Below, piece after piece: positions 1-10,056 of a stretch of DNA of 64,000 nucleotides. Made by a program: the position numbers and the translations under genes. The stretch's first letter is position 1; each line of letters begins with the position of its first letter. The notes beneath the pieces are model-generated. The model made no database searches and was not told the DNA's origin. It saw only the letters and a program-made list of their open reading frames with translations. This DNA is from Patescibacteria group bacterium (lineage in GTDB: Bacteria > Patescibacteriota > Patescibacteriia > GWA2-46-9): positions 29,898-93,897 of the forward strand of contig JBAYUF010000004.1 in NCBI GenBank assembly GCA_041675205.1, given 5' to 3'.

Positions 1-76
1 TTCTTTGCCCGCACAAAGAAAGGGGCAATTTCTCACCTTGAAAAATGGTCTAAAAACTGAGATACTTTTCGATACT

Positions 77-3064
77 ATGCAGGAAACAAGCAGCACAACA
101 GAAGCAAACGAATTGCTGCCAAAAACCTACGACCCATCAACGGTTGAAACGAGCGTGTACGAAGCGTGGGAGAAAAGTGGCGCATTTTCTCCAAAGGAAG
201 GTAATGCTGAGCCGTTTGTCATGAGTCTCCCACCACCGAACGCGACCGGCACCCTACACCTTGGGCATTCAGTCATGCTCTCTATTCAAGATGTCCTGGC
301 TCGTTATCACCGTTTGCGAGGTGAGCCAACACTCTGGGTGCCCGGCACCGATCACGCCGCCATTGCGACGCAGAACGTTGTTGAAAAACAAATCTGGGAA
401 GCGGAAAAGAAAACGAGGCACGACATTGGTCGAGAAGAACTCCTCAAACGCATCGACGCATTTGTTGTTGGTTCGCAAGACACGATGCGGAAACAAATGC
501 GGCGTATGGGTGCCTCGCTCGATTGGTCGCGTGAACGCTTTACGCTGGATACCGGCCTGTCGCGATGCGTATCGCTCGTTTTCAAAATGATGTACGACGA
601 CGGCCTCATCTATCGAGGCAACCGTATCGTGAATTGGTGCACTCGCTGTCAAACAACATTAGCTGACGACGAGGTAAACTATAAAGAAGAGCAGGTCCCC
701 TTTTACCACTTCAAGTTCGGACCATTTAGCATCGGCACGGTTCGTCCGGAAACAAAATTGGGCGACAAATATGTCGTCGTGCACCCAACAGACGAACGCT
801 ACATTGAGTATCACGGCCTCAAAAAAACCATTCCGTGGATTAGCGACGACGTTGAAATGACAGTACTCGCAGACGAAGCGGCCGACCCAACAATGGGTTC
901 TGGTGCCATGACCATCACGCCGCAACATTCCTTTGTTGACTTCGATATAGCCGGTCGGCACAACCTTACCGTAAACGAAAATATCATTGGGCTAGACGGC
1001 ACCCTGACATCCGCCGCTGGTGAATTCGCTGGACTCACTGTGAAAGAGGCACGTAAAAAATTCGTGGAGATTCTTACGGCCAAAGGTTTAGTTGAAAAAA
1101 TAGACGAAGATTACGTTCACAATGTTTCGGTTTGCTACCGTTGCGCTACACCTGTGGAACCACTCGTTTCAAAGCAGTGGTTCGTTGCCGTGAACAAACC
1201 ATTTAAATTGAAGAGAAACACTTTAAATTATAAAAAAGACAGTCTGGTTACGCTTAAGGTCCTTTGCCTTGCTGCGGTAAATGATGCAGACCCTGGACTT
1301 AGTGTTGACGACGAGTTTCAAAGAAACGTACGTGACCAAATTTTATTTGAACAATTTTCTAAGCCCGAAGTTACAGAGCTTCGCTCTAAGCAGGCAATTA
1401 ACATTATACCGGAGCGATTTCAAAAAATTTATCTGAATTGGATTACAAATTTGCACGACTGGTGCATCTCCAGGCAAATCTGGTACGGACATCGGATCCC
1501 GGTTTGGTATGATATAACCGATCCAAAAAATGAGAACGGCATTTTTCATTACAGAAGCGGGATTGTTTTCAAACTGTTTGATACTGAAGCAAACACCTTC
1601 TTAACATGGAGCCAAGACGCCTTAAAGAAAGGTGAATCTATTCCTACGTGGGCTCAATTTGGAGAAGTAAGAATTATTAACTTCGCAATGGCCAATCTTC
1701 TTAATAAAAATTTTGGCTTGAGCTGGACTGATATAAAAGCTGACGCAGAAGTAAAAACACATAATTTGCCAGACAAAAGCGAGATTGTAACACAAAAAAT
1801 GTACTCTCTTGATTCGAAATATATCCAAGACCCAGACACGCTCGACACATGGTTCTCGTCTGGTATGTGGACGTTCTCAACACTGCTCAGTAGCGACGGC
1901 GACACAGCGACGTTAGACAGCTGGCGAGAAACATCACCCGACGTAAAACGGTTTCACCCAACAACAGTCCTTGAAACAGGCTACGACATTATCTTCTTCT
2001 GGGTTGCCAGGATGATTCTCATGACCACGTATGCACTGAATGAAGTGCCGTTTAAAACCGTGTACCTGCACGGGCTGGTAAAAGATCGCGAAGGTCGCAA
2101 GATGAGTAAGTCGCTCGGTAACGGCATTGATCCCATTGCGATGATTGAAAAGTATGGGGCCGACTCGCTACGTCTCTCTATGGTTGTCGGCACGACACCA
2201 GGAAACGACTTCCGCCTCTTTGAAGAAAAAATCGCCGGCTACCGAAATTTCGTAAACAAACTTTGGAATATTAGCCGCTTTATTCTCACCACCACCAAAG
2301 CTACAACAGCTGCCCCAACCCCAACCACTACGGCTGACCACTGGATTCTCGCCGAGTTCGCAGAAACAAATCGTCTGGTCACAACGCACATCGAAGCATT
2401 CCGGTTTTCTGCGGCTGCCGAAGCCCTGTATGAGTTCACCTGGGCCAAACTGGCTGATTGGTACGTTGAAGTTGCAAAAATTGAAGGTGCGAAAGATGCC
2501 ATCTTGCGTTCCATTCTCAAAGATTTACTCATCCTCTGGCACCCGTTCACCCCGTTTATTACCGAACACCTTTGGGCAAAACTGCACACTGAACCGAGTC
2601 AACTTATTTCTTATGAGTGGCCGAAACCATTGGAAGGCGCGAGCACCGAAGAACATCAAAACTTCCAATGGCTTCAGGCAATTATTACCGCGGCTCGTGA
2701 CCTCCGCCAGGAACTAGGCAATGCACCGGGCGTAACCGTGTACCTGCTCTCTAGTAACAGCACACTCGCCGCCAGTCCGCTTATTCAAAAAATGGCTCGG
2801 GTGGAAGTCTCGCTGGTCACTGAACTGCCCGAGGCGGCAACGCTTCGCCGCACTGTGCCTACTGGCACTATCGCCGCCATCCCCTCAGTAGCTTCTAAGA
2901 CCTTACGAGACGAAGAACGAATTGAGCTTGAACGCTATATTGCTTTGCTTGAAAGCCGCCTCGAAGACGAGGCGTTCCGCTCTCGGGCGCCGGCTGCTAT
3001 TGTAAAGAAGGAAGAGGAACGCTTGCACGACGCCAAAGAACGTTTTAACAGTCTTATTGGCTAG
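77..3064 (+). CDS. valS: Valine--tRNA ligase, with two insertions
   Basis: PPPNATGTLHLGH (HIGH), GTDHAAIATQ, DWCISRQIWYGHRIPVWY, DTWFSS, KMSKS, C-terminal coiled coil; ATG at 77 chosen over TTG at 5. Confidence 0.97.
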   Translation: MQETSSTTEANELLPKTYDPSTVETSVYEAWEKSGAFSPKEGNAEPFVMSLPPPNATGTLHLGHSVMLSIQDVLARYHRLRGEPTLWVPGTDHAAIATQNVVEKQIWEAEKKTRHDIGREELLKRIDAFVVGSQDTMRKQMRRMGASLDWSRERFTLDTGLSRCVSLVFKMMYDDGLIYRGNRIVNWCTRCQTTLADDEVNYKEEQVPFYHFKFGPFSIGTVRPETKLGDKYVVVHPTDERYIEYHGLKKTIPWISDDVEMTVLADEAADPTMGSGAMTITPQHSFVDFDIAGRHNLTVNENIIGLDGTLTSAAGEFAGLTVKEARKKFVEILTAKGLVEKIDEDYVHNVSVCYRCATPVEPLVSKQWFVAVNKPFKLKRNTLNYKKDSLVTLKVLCLAAVNDADPGLSVDDEFQRNVRDQILFEQFSKPEVTELRSKQAINIIPERFQKIYLNWITNLHDWCISRQIWYGHRIPVWYDITDPKNENGIFHYRSGIVFKLFDTEANTFLTWSQDALKKGESIPTWAQFGEVRIINFAMANLLNKNFGLSWTDIKADAEVKTHNLPDKSEIVTQKMYSLDSKYIQDPDTLDTWFSSGMWTFSTLLSSDGDTATLDSWRETSPDVKRFHPTTVLETGYDIIFFWVARMILMTTYALNEVPFKTVYLHGLVKDREGRKMSKSLGNGIDPIAMIEKYGADSLRLSMVVGTTPGNDFRLFEEKIAGYRNFVNKLWNISRFILTTTKATTAAPTPTTTADHWILAEFAETNRLVTTHIEAFRFSAAAEALYEFTWAKLADWYVEVAKIEGAKDAILRSILKDLLILWHPFTPFITEHLWAKLHTEPSQLISYEWPKPLEGASTEEHQNFQWLQAIITAARDLRQELGNAPGVTVYLLSSNSTLAASPLIQKMARVEVSLVTELPEAATLRRTVPTGTIAAIPSVASKTLRDEERIELERYIALLESRLEDEAFRSRAPAAIVKKEEERLHDAKERFNSLIG

Positions 3065-3065
3065 T

Positions 3066-4274
3066 ATGCCTAAAATCAAAACGGACCCAAAAATAATTCA
3101 TCGTCTACTCACTCGTGGTGTAGAAACTGTTTACCCTACAAAAGAGGCTTTAGAGAAAGTTTTGTTATCGGGTAAAAAGTTGCGGATTTTTCATGGCATT
3201 GATCCGACCGGTAAGCTACACATTGGACACAGTGTCAGCTTGAGGAAACTTCGACAATTTCAGGACTTGGGGCACGAGGTTATTGTGCTCATTGGAGACT
3301 TTACGGCTCGCATTGGCGACCCGACCGATAAAAGCGCGACGAGGCAAGCATTGTCTAAGCGTGAGGTGCTTCAGAACGCTCACGACTATAAAAAAATAAT
3401 TGGTAAAATTTTAGATCTAAAGAAAACAAACGTCCGTTTTCTGCACAACGAAAAATGGACGAATAAGTTAAAGCCCGAGAACTTACTCGAGCTGGCGTCT
3501 TCGTTTACCGTTTCACGCCTCTTAGAACGGGACATGTTCCAAAACAGAATTAAAGAGGGCAAAGAAATACGCGTCCACGAATTTCTCTACCCAATTTTTC
3601 AAGCCTACGACAGCGTTACCATGGATGTCGATATTGAAATTGGTGGTAACGACCAAACATTTAACATGCTGGCTGGGCGAACACTGCTGAGAAAGTTAAA
3701 AGACAAAGAAAAATTTGTTTTGGCAATGAAGCTGTTAACGAATGCCGACGGCAAAAAAATGGGCAAAACCGAGGGTGTAAAAATCAATCTTGACTCCGCT
3801 GCTACTGACATGTACGGAATGCTGATGGCTGTGCCCGACACTTCTATTATCGACTTCTTTACATTGTGTACCGATGAATCGGACGAAGAAATAGAAAAAA
3901 TGAGGCGAGTACTCGCGTCTAGTTCATCAAACCCGCGCGACCTTAAAATGAAGTTGGCTCGAACAATTGTTGCGCTCTACCACAACGTGAAAGAAGCCAA
4001 AAAGGCGGAAGCAAATTTTGTAAACGTATTCCAAAATAAAGAGCAACCTGAATCAATTCCCACAGTCAAACTGACAAAGTGGCCAAAGACAATTCTTCAG
4101 GCGCTCGTTGTCTCAGGCCTCGCAACCAGTATGAGTGAGGCGCGACGCTACGTTGTGCAAGGTGGTGTACGCATTGCTGACAGTGTGGTCACCGACCCAA
4201 ATGCAATGCTCCCCGCTTCTCCGGTCATCATCAGCCGCGGCAAGCGACATTATTGCCGACTTCAAAAACAGTAA
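3066..4274 (+). CDS. tyrS: Tyrosine--tRNA ligase
   Basis: GIDPTG-LHIGH, IGDPTDK, GGNDQTFN, KMGKT, C-terminal S4-like domain. Confidence 0.96.
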   Translation: MPKIKTDPKIIHRLLTRGVETVYPTKEALEKVLLSGKKLRIFHGIDPTGKLHIGHSVSLRKLRQFQDLGHEVIVLIGDFTARIGDPTDKSATRQALSKREVLQNAHDYKKIIGKILDLKKTNVRFLHNEKWTNKLKPENLLELASSFTVSRLLERDMFQNRIKEGKEIRVHEFLYPIFQAYDSVTMDVDIEIGGNDQTFNMLAGRTLLRKLKDKEKFVLAMKLLTNADGKKMGKTEGVKINLDSAATDMYGMLMAVPDTSIIDFFTLCTDESDEEIEKMRRVLASSSSNPRDLKMKLARTIVALYHNVKEAKKAEANFVNVFQNKEQPESIPTVKLTKWPKTILQALVVSGLATSMSEARRYVVQGGVRIADSVVTDPNAMLPASPVIISRGKRHYCRLQKQ

Positions 4275-5996
4275 ATGAACGCGCTCCAGATTGCTAAAGC
4301 AGAACTCATAACAGTCCTCGCTGCACATGATTATTCAGTGACAGCGCACGAGGTCATTATTCCTGAAGCGAGTCTGGGGGACCTGGCGCTCGCCTGCTTC
4401 TCTATTGCAAAAAAACACAGTGTGCCACCACCGCAAGCTGCCAAACAAACGACTGAGCTTATAAACAGCTACGTCGCCGCAACACCAGATTCGTTGCTAA
4501 GTGGCGCCACCGCCGTTGGACCGTACCTCAATATAACCTTGCGACGGTCAGCCTTTGCGGCGCTCATCACCGTCGACAATGATTTATTAGCCACAATACG
4601 CCAAGAAAAACCGGAGCGATTGCTGGTTGAGTTTATTTCGCCAAATACCAATAAGCCCCTGCACATTGGACACCTCAGAAACGCCTGCCTTGGCTGGAGC
4701 ATTAGTGAACTACTCAAAGCAGAGGGGCATGAGGTAATCCGAGCTGAAATTATTAACGACCGCGGTGTTCATATAATGAAATCCCTCTTGGCGTACGAAC
4801 GCTGGGGCAACAGCCAAACACCGGAAACCGCAAACAAAAAATCGGACCACTTCGTGGGCGACTACTATGTGCAGTTTGCCAATGAAGCAAAACAAAACCC
4901 AGACCTCGACGCTGAAGTCTTAACGTATCTACAGCGCTGGGAAGCTGGCGACGAAGCACTAAGAAAACTTTGGCAGCAAATGAACACCTGGGCAGAAGAG
5001 GGTCAAACGACCACCTGTAAAAGGCTCGGTATAGCTTTTGACCGCGTTGACTACGAAAGTAACATTTACGAAGCGGGTCGAAAACTTGTTGAAGAAGCCG
5101 CTGCAGCAGGGCTAGCGACAAAAAAAGACGACGGCTCGATTGTCGCCCCTATCACCACCGCTTCCGAAGAAGGACCAAAAGAAAAGGTGCTGCTGCGAGG
5201 TGATGGTACAACGGTCTACATCACCCAAGACTTAGCATTAGCGGCGCTCAGAATGCAGGAGCTTCGTCCAGCCCGCATGCTGTTTGTTGTGGCGCAGGAA
5301 CAAGATTATCACTTTACCGTACTCTTTGAGCTACTAGAACGGTTCCATGTTGTGTCGCGCGATAATGTTGAACACGTCAGCTACCACCTCGTTTCACTCC
5401 CGGAAGGTAGAATGAAATCACGAGAAGGTACAGTGGCAGACATTGATCCCCTGCTTGACGAACTCATGCTCCTTGCAAAAACAGAACTTAAAAACAGAAC
5501 CACTGAACTAACCGAAGCTGAGTACAACGCCCGGGCCGAAACTATTGCGCTAGCTGCGGCAAAGTTTTACATGCTCTCTGTTCGGCCGTCCTCAGATATA
5601 ACCTTTAACCCGAAAGAGTCTTTAAGTTTCACGGGGAAAACCGGTCCTTATCTTCTCTACACGCATGCCCGACTACGAAGCATTCTTCGCAAAGCCGGTG
5701 CGGCTGCTGGTGCTCAAACTCCAGCGACGTTAACTGATGCAGAATGGGGCGTTATAAAAACAATCGGGCTTTTACCAGAAACGGTTTCCTTCGCGGCCAA
5801 GCATCGTGATCCGTCACGCATCGCTGACTATGCGTACACCTTAGCGCGCGCTATTGCCGCCTTCTATGAAGCCGATCCAGTGCTGACGGCCGACGAAGCA
5901 ACCCGCACGTGGCGGCTGACGCTACTCACCAAAGCCGACAGCGCACTCGTTACCGCCTTGTCGCTCCTCGGTATACAAACACTCGAAGAAATGTAA
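4275..5996 (+). CDS. argS: Arginine--tRNA ligase
   Basis: EFISPNTNKPLHIGHLRN, YITQDL, MKSREG, GPYLLYTHAR, C-terminal LEEM. Confidence 0.96.
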   Translation: MNALQIAKAELITVLAAHDYSVTAHEVIIPEASLGDLALACFSIAKKHSVPPPQAAKQTTELINSYVAATPDSLLSGATAVGPYLNITLRRSAFAALITVDNDLLATIRQEKPERLLVEFISPNTNKPLHIGHLRNACLGWSISELLKAEGHEVIRAEIINDRGVHIMKSLLAYERWGNSQTPETANKKSDHFVGDYYVQFANEAKQNPDLDAEVLTYLQRWEAGDEALRKLWQQMNTWAEEGQTTTCKRLGIAFDRVDYESNIYEAGRKLVEEAAAAGLATKKDDGSIVAPITTASEEGPKEKVLLRGDGTTVYITQDLALAALRMQELRPARMLFVVAQEQDYHFTVLFELLERFHVVSRDNVEHVSYHLVSLPEGRMKSREGTVADIDPLLDELMLLAKTELKNRTTELTEAEYNARAETIALAAAKFYMLSVRPSSDITFNPKESLSFTGKTGPYLLYTHARLRSILRKAGAAAGAQTPATLTDAEWGVIKTIGLLPETVSFAAKHRDPSRIADYAYTLARAIAAFYEADPVLTADEATRTWRLTLLTKADSALVTALSLLGIQTLEEM

Positions 5997-6046
5997 TTTG
6001 CCGCTCCGTCACTTGCGCGAGTAGTGCTTCGTTAATTTTTATACGC

Positions 6047-6907
6047 ATGTCGCTTCTCACCTTTTTTCACACCTACCTCCCCTCACCCATCATTACAACC
6101 GTTGGGGCATTACAACTGCACTGGTACGGTTTTTTTTATTTGCTAAGCTTCCTCGTTGGCTACGGATTGCTTGTTCACCGGCTGCAAAAGCTCAAGGCCG
6201 AGGGCAATGCAGCTACTAGAATACTCTACGACCGACTCCCCGGCTTTGCTGCTGGGCTAATTGTAAGCGGCATTATCGGCGCTCGACTGTATCACGTAGC
6301 AACACAGTGGTCGTATTATCAAGCCAACCTCTCTGAAATTCCTTTCCTCAATCACGGTGGGCTAGCCATTCACGGCGGACTCTTAGCAGGTGCCATATAC
6401 ATTGTTTGGTTTTCTCGTCGACACCTTCAACCATACCTGAAACCAACAGCTGCATTTTTATTTACTGCCGACCTCTTGGCGCCCGTTGTGCTTCTCGGCC
6501 AAGCCATTGGCCGTTGGGGTAACTACTTCAATCAAGAACTGTTTGGTTTACCAACAAGCTTGCCGTGGGGTATTCCCATTGCGCTCACCCACCGACCAGT
6601 GCTTTATACTGCAGCTACCCACTTTCACCCAGTATTTTTTTATGAATTTCTTTGGGACATACTAGGCGCCGCGGTTCTTTTTCTATTACAAAAGATAAAA
6701 TCAAAAAGAACGCTGCCTGGCAATGGGCATATTTTCTCGATGTATCTTATCTGGATGGGTCTTGGCCGAACGCTCGTTGAATTATTGCGGATTGAGCCAA
6801 CGCTCATGTTCTTTGATATTCGAATTCACCTACTTACCGCAATCGCCTTAACAGCAGCTGGTATAGCTTTCTTTACTGTTGCCCAAATGCAAAATCGGAC
6901 TGTATAA
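6047..6907 (+). CDS. lgt: Prolipoprotein diacylglyceryl transferase
   Basis: HWYG, GARLYHV, GGLAIHGG, QAIGRWGNYFNQE, HPVFFYE motifs. Confidence 0.95.
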   Translation: MSLLTFFHTYLPSPIITTVGALQLHWYGFFYLLSFLVGYGLLVHRLQKLKAEGNAATRILYDRLPGFAAGLIVSGIIGARLYHVATQWSYYQANLSEIPFLNHGGLAIHGGLLAGAIYIVWFSRRHLQPYLKPTAAFLFTADLLAPVVLLGQAIGRWGNYFNQELFGLPTSLPWGIPIALTHRPVLYTAATHFHPVFFYEFLWDILGAAVLFLLQKIKSKRTLPGNGHIFSMYLIWMGLGRTLVELLRIEPTLMFFDIRIHLLTAIALTAAGIAFFTVAQMQNRTV

Positions 6908-6914
6908 TATTATT

Positions 6915-7460
6915 ATGCGTAAACTCATACTATTATTCGGTATTACCGTACTCCTCACGCTACCTCTTTCTAAAGTCAGTGCTGAGCAAATTGGGACGTG
7001 TAACTGTATTCCAACTGGTTCAGGAACAGCGCAGACTTACTTCAATTTGCCTGAACAAGACTGTGGCTTTAAAGAGGCAGAATTAACTGCCAGTTGCTCC
7101 TGGTCGCCAACTTCAGGCGCAGAAACAAATACAGGGATATATCCAACTGGTGCTGAAACAAAAACCGGCGGTTTAGGCGCGGGTAAAGCCGTAAATCTTT
7201 CAAACCCTCTTGGTGAAGGAAATGTTGATGTGAAGCTGATTATCGGCCGCGTCATTCGAACTACCCTCGGTATCGTTGGCTCAATTGCGCTCATTATTTT
7301 TGTTTACGGCGGCCTTCTCTGGACAACCAGTGCTGGTAACGCAGAGCAAGTGAAAAAAGGAACGGATACCCTACTGTGGGCAGCCATTGGGTTAACAGTT
7401 ATTTTCACAAGCTACACCTTGGTTAGCTTCCTCCTCGAAACCATAACGCAGACATCATAA
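6915..7460 (+). CDS. CPR-type pilin-like protein (TrbC/VirB2-like C-terminal hairpin) with signal peptide and small Cys-rich domain
   Basis: Signal peptide, four Cys, then L-NPL...GIVGSIALIIFVYGGLLWTTSAGNAEQVKKG..L.WA.IGL pattern typical of Patescibacteria pilins. Confidence 0.8.
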   Translation: MRKLILLFGITVLLTLPLSKVSAEQIGTCNCIPTGSGTAQTYFNLPEQDCGFKEAELTASCSWSPTSGAETNTGIYPTGAETKTGGLGAGKAVNLSNPLGEGNVDVKLIIGRVIRTTLGIVGSIALIIFVYGGLLWTTSAGNAEQVKKGTDTLLWAAIGLTVIFTSYTLVSFLLETITQTS

Positions 7461-7477
7461 TTTTCTTAGATCTTTGC

Positions 7478-7510
7478 AAATAAGCCTCGCACGTGCGGGG
7501 TTTATTTTTT
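7478..7510 (+). terminator. Intrinsic terminator after the pilin gene
   Basis: AAATAAGCCTCGCAC-GTGCGGGGTTTATTT hairpin followed by a T run. Confidence 0.75.
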
Positions 7511-7560
7511 ATGTCCCCTTAAACTGAGCAAGCAAATAGACGCTCAAAATTAGCTTATTA

Positions 7561-7589
7561 TTGACAAGGGCCAATTTCTATGCCACTAT
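7561..7589 (+). promoter_or_regulatory. sigma70-type promoter of cassette 1
   Basis: TTGACA-N17-CACTAT with TG extension, followed by GTTCTTT. Confidence 0.55.
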
Positions 7590-7821
7590 ACTTAGTTCTT
7601 TTTAAATTGCGCCTCCAGCGCACATTTGAAAAGGATGATCTTCCAGGACTTTGAAAAAAGAATAGGAAGAATGCCACGCAAACCTAGCGTGGTGTGCTGC
7701 GTGAAAACGCAGTTCATCATCATGAGGTAAACAATAACCCCGTGGGTCGCTATTGCGAACCCGCCACCACCCGCCGAGTACAAGATGCTCGTGCGGTTTT
7801 CTGCATACAGGAGAAAAACCA

Positions 7822-10056
7822 GTGACACAACCATACAGAAACGGCCCTCGAGGCCAAGGTGGCGGAGGTGGCGGACAGCCACGTCCTGCGGGTGGCGCTC
7901 CGGCACAACAGCCGGAACGCGTCGAGCTGCTTCGTGCAATCGCGAAGCAAAACGAGGCGGAAGAATACAAATTCGAAGTGGCGGTGCTGACGCGCGTTAG
8001 CCGAAACCTGCAGGCCCTCGGCCGGCGGGTGCTCCTGATGGTGAACGGCACCGCACGAAACGAACAAAGTGCCAGCGCAGAGACCGACCCAGCAACGGGA
8101 AGGATTTGGCTGCGCACTATCGTTGACGTGCGACAGCAGCACGACGGCGACCCCCTCGAGCTGCAGGTGGTGCTTACAAACACCACCATCGGTTCGAACA
8201 TCGTCAGCCTGAATCTCCAGACTGGCGAACCGGCTGCCGAACCGGCGGTAGAAATGCCACCAGCCAAAAAGGTGATGGCGTCAGCCAGCGCCGGAAAGAA
8301 GGCGCGGCACCACGTCCTGGTCTACCTCCTCGACAATGACGAGCAACCGACAACTGGCGAGGTGGTCGCACTGTACTCTCCAGAGTGCTGCAGTGCGAGT
8401 CGCTGCACCACGTACCAGATACCGGAGGTGGGCGCGGACTTGGAGTTTGCGCTTATTGACGGCGAATCCCTCGCCATCACCTTCGAGTGCCCCGGTGCCA
8501 CTCCGGCATCGGTAACCCTCCAAGGACCCGATAAAGTGCCGCCGGTAACCCCGTCGAAGCCAGCAACAAAGGTCAAACTGGTGGAAACCGGAACGACCTA
8601 CAACCCGGACACCGGTGCCTGCGCAGTCCTCGTTACGCCGCGCGCGTACGACGAAGACGGCAAGGGCGTGAGCTGCACCCTGCAGCTCACAACAGCGGAA
8701 CCCATCGAGATGTACCGTCTCGAAGGTGGCGTGGAGACCTGGGTCTCCACCGGCCAGCAGTTCACATTGCTGGTGTCAGCCATGCCGACCACCAGCTATC
8801 GGCTTATCAACTACCACACCACGGCAGTTGAGGTCGACTGCGACGTCGTCGGGCTTAATGCCGAGCTCGACAACAAGGAGCTGCCGGCTGCGAAGTCGAT
8901 GACTCCGTCTGGCAGGCTGGGCTGGCTCGAGGCCGCGCTGTACAGCACGGCTATCGGAATCGGCTTCATCCTGTTCGGCTGGATCTTCGTCAAAGCCATC
9001 ATCTGGATGGCTGGCGTGGTCTTGGCGCTGTCACTTGGTTCCGTTATCGTTGCCAACTTCCGCTCTCGTCGTCGTGAGGACGAAGAACCGGGTGGTGATG
9101 ATCACGAAGATGAAGAGGGGCGATTCAATGAACGGCTTTCAAGAAGGTCAGTGCTGAGCCGAACGTTCAACTGGCTCTTGCCGGTGCTTTGCATCATCGT
9201 CGGAGCGATTATCCTCGGATGGGTACTCACTCAGATTAGCGACTGGATGGCTGGCGTGGTCTTGGCGCTGATGCTTGTTTCCGTTGTCGTCGTTAGCTTC
9301 CGTTCTCGTCGCCGTCGTGAGGACGAAGAACTGGATGATGACTATCGGGAAGAAGAGGAGGAGCGAATCGAACGACCAGACAGGCAGTTCCGTCGGAACA
9401 AGACGATCGACTGGTCGAAACTGGTACCCTCTGACAACTTGGTGTGGGGATCATGGATGCTGGTAACGCTGCTCGTCAGCGCACTCGCAATCACGAACCC
9501 CGGGCCGAGTCAAGACGAGGTTGCGAAGGCCTACTCGTCACCGCAAACGATCGCAGTACTCGAGCAGATGGAGCAGAAGCAGAAACGCTTCTATGACCGC
9601 GTACTGCGCAACGAGGTTACAGAGACCAAGGAGAAAGAAACGAAAGAAGAAAAGGTCGCGCCGGTGAAAGAAACAGAACGCCGAGGAAACTGGGTAACAC
9701 TGCCCCTGGTAGTGTACCTATGGTTCTGGGCGTTTGCGCTCTTCATCCCCACCATCGGTGATGAACTGCGGGACTACGCCCACCGGTCGATCGATAAAAT
9801 CACCGGCGGATTCGACGGCGAGGTAAAGGTAGTCGGACCAGGAGCAACACTCCTGACCAGCCTCCTTCGTCCCCTTTCCGCCAAGAACAAGCCAACAGGA
9901 GAAAGAATGGCTGAGGCAGCAACCAGCACAATGGAAACTGTCATCAAAGAGGTGGGGATCGGCGATTTGCTTCGGCATATGGCCGCCAACATCTTCACGG
10001 ATCACATTTTGAAGGGCCGGCTGTTCAAACATCTGGTCCCAGGAGGAGTACGATGA
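7822..10056 (+). CDS. Orphan 744-aa membrane protein (beta-rich N-terminal half, duplicated TM/charged module)
   Basis: Long GC-rich ORF; GTG at 7822 with AGGAG 8 nt upstream; several TM segments in the C-terminal half. Confidence 0.75.
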   Translation: MTQPYRNGPRGQGGGGGGQPRPAGGAPAQQPERVELLRAIAKQNEAEEYKFEVAVLTRVSRNLQALGRRVLLMVNGTARNEQSASAETDPATGRIWLRTIVDVRQQHDGDPLELQVVLTNTTIGSNIVSLNLQTGEPAAEPAVEMPPAKKVMASASAGKKARHHVLVYLLDNDEQPTTGEVVALYSPECCSASRCTTYQIPEVGADLEFALIDGESLAITFECPGATPASVTLQGPDKVPPVTPSKPATKVKLVETGTTYNPDTGACAVLVTPRAYDEDGKGVSCTLQLTTAEPIEMYRLEGGVETWVSTGQQFTLLVSAMPTTSYRLINYHTTAVEVDCDVVGLNAELDNKELPAAKSMTPSGRLGWLEAALYSTAIGIGFILFGWIFVKAIIWMAGVVLALSLGSVIVANFRSRRREDEEPGGDDHEDEEGRFNERLSRRSVLSRTFNWLLPVLCIIVGAIILGWVLTQISDWMAGVVLALMLVSVVVVSFRSRRRREDEELDDDYREEEEERIERPDRQFRRNKTIDWSKLVPSDNLVWGSWMLVTLLVSALAITNPGPSQDEVAKAYSSPQTIAVLEQMEQKQKRFYDRVLRNEVTETKEKETKEEKVAPVKETERRGNWVTLPLVVYLWFWAFALFIPTIGDELRDYAHRSIDKITGGFDGEVKVVGPGATLLTSLLRPLSAKNKPTGERMAEAATSTMETVIKEVGIGDLLRHMAANIFTDHILKGRLFKHLVPGGVR
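9003..9360 (+). repeat. Intragenic duplication with a 240-bp period (WMAGVVLAL...FRSRRREDEE x2)
   Basis: CTGGATGGCTGGCGTGGTCTTGGCGCTG identical at 9003 and 9243, with similarity continuing about 115 bp. Confidence 0.9.

Noticed and set aside
1-5996. T-box riboswitches for the aaRS cluster
   Set aside because: Genes abut each other with no leader space, and no T-box motif is seen; sequence upstream of position 1 is not visible.
9003-9360. Repeat pair as a DGR template/variable region
   Set aside because: Both copies are in-frame in one gene, differences are not confined to adenines, and no reverse transcriptase is in the window.
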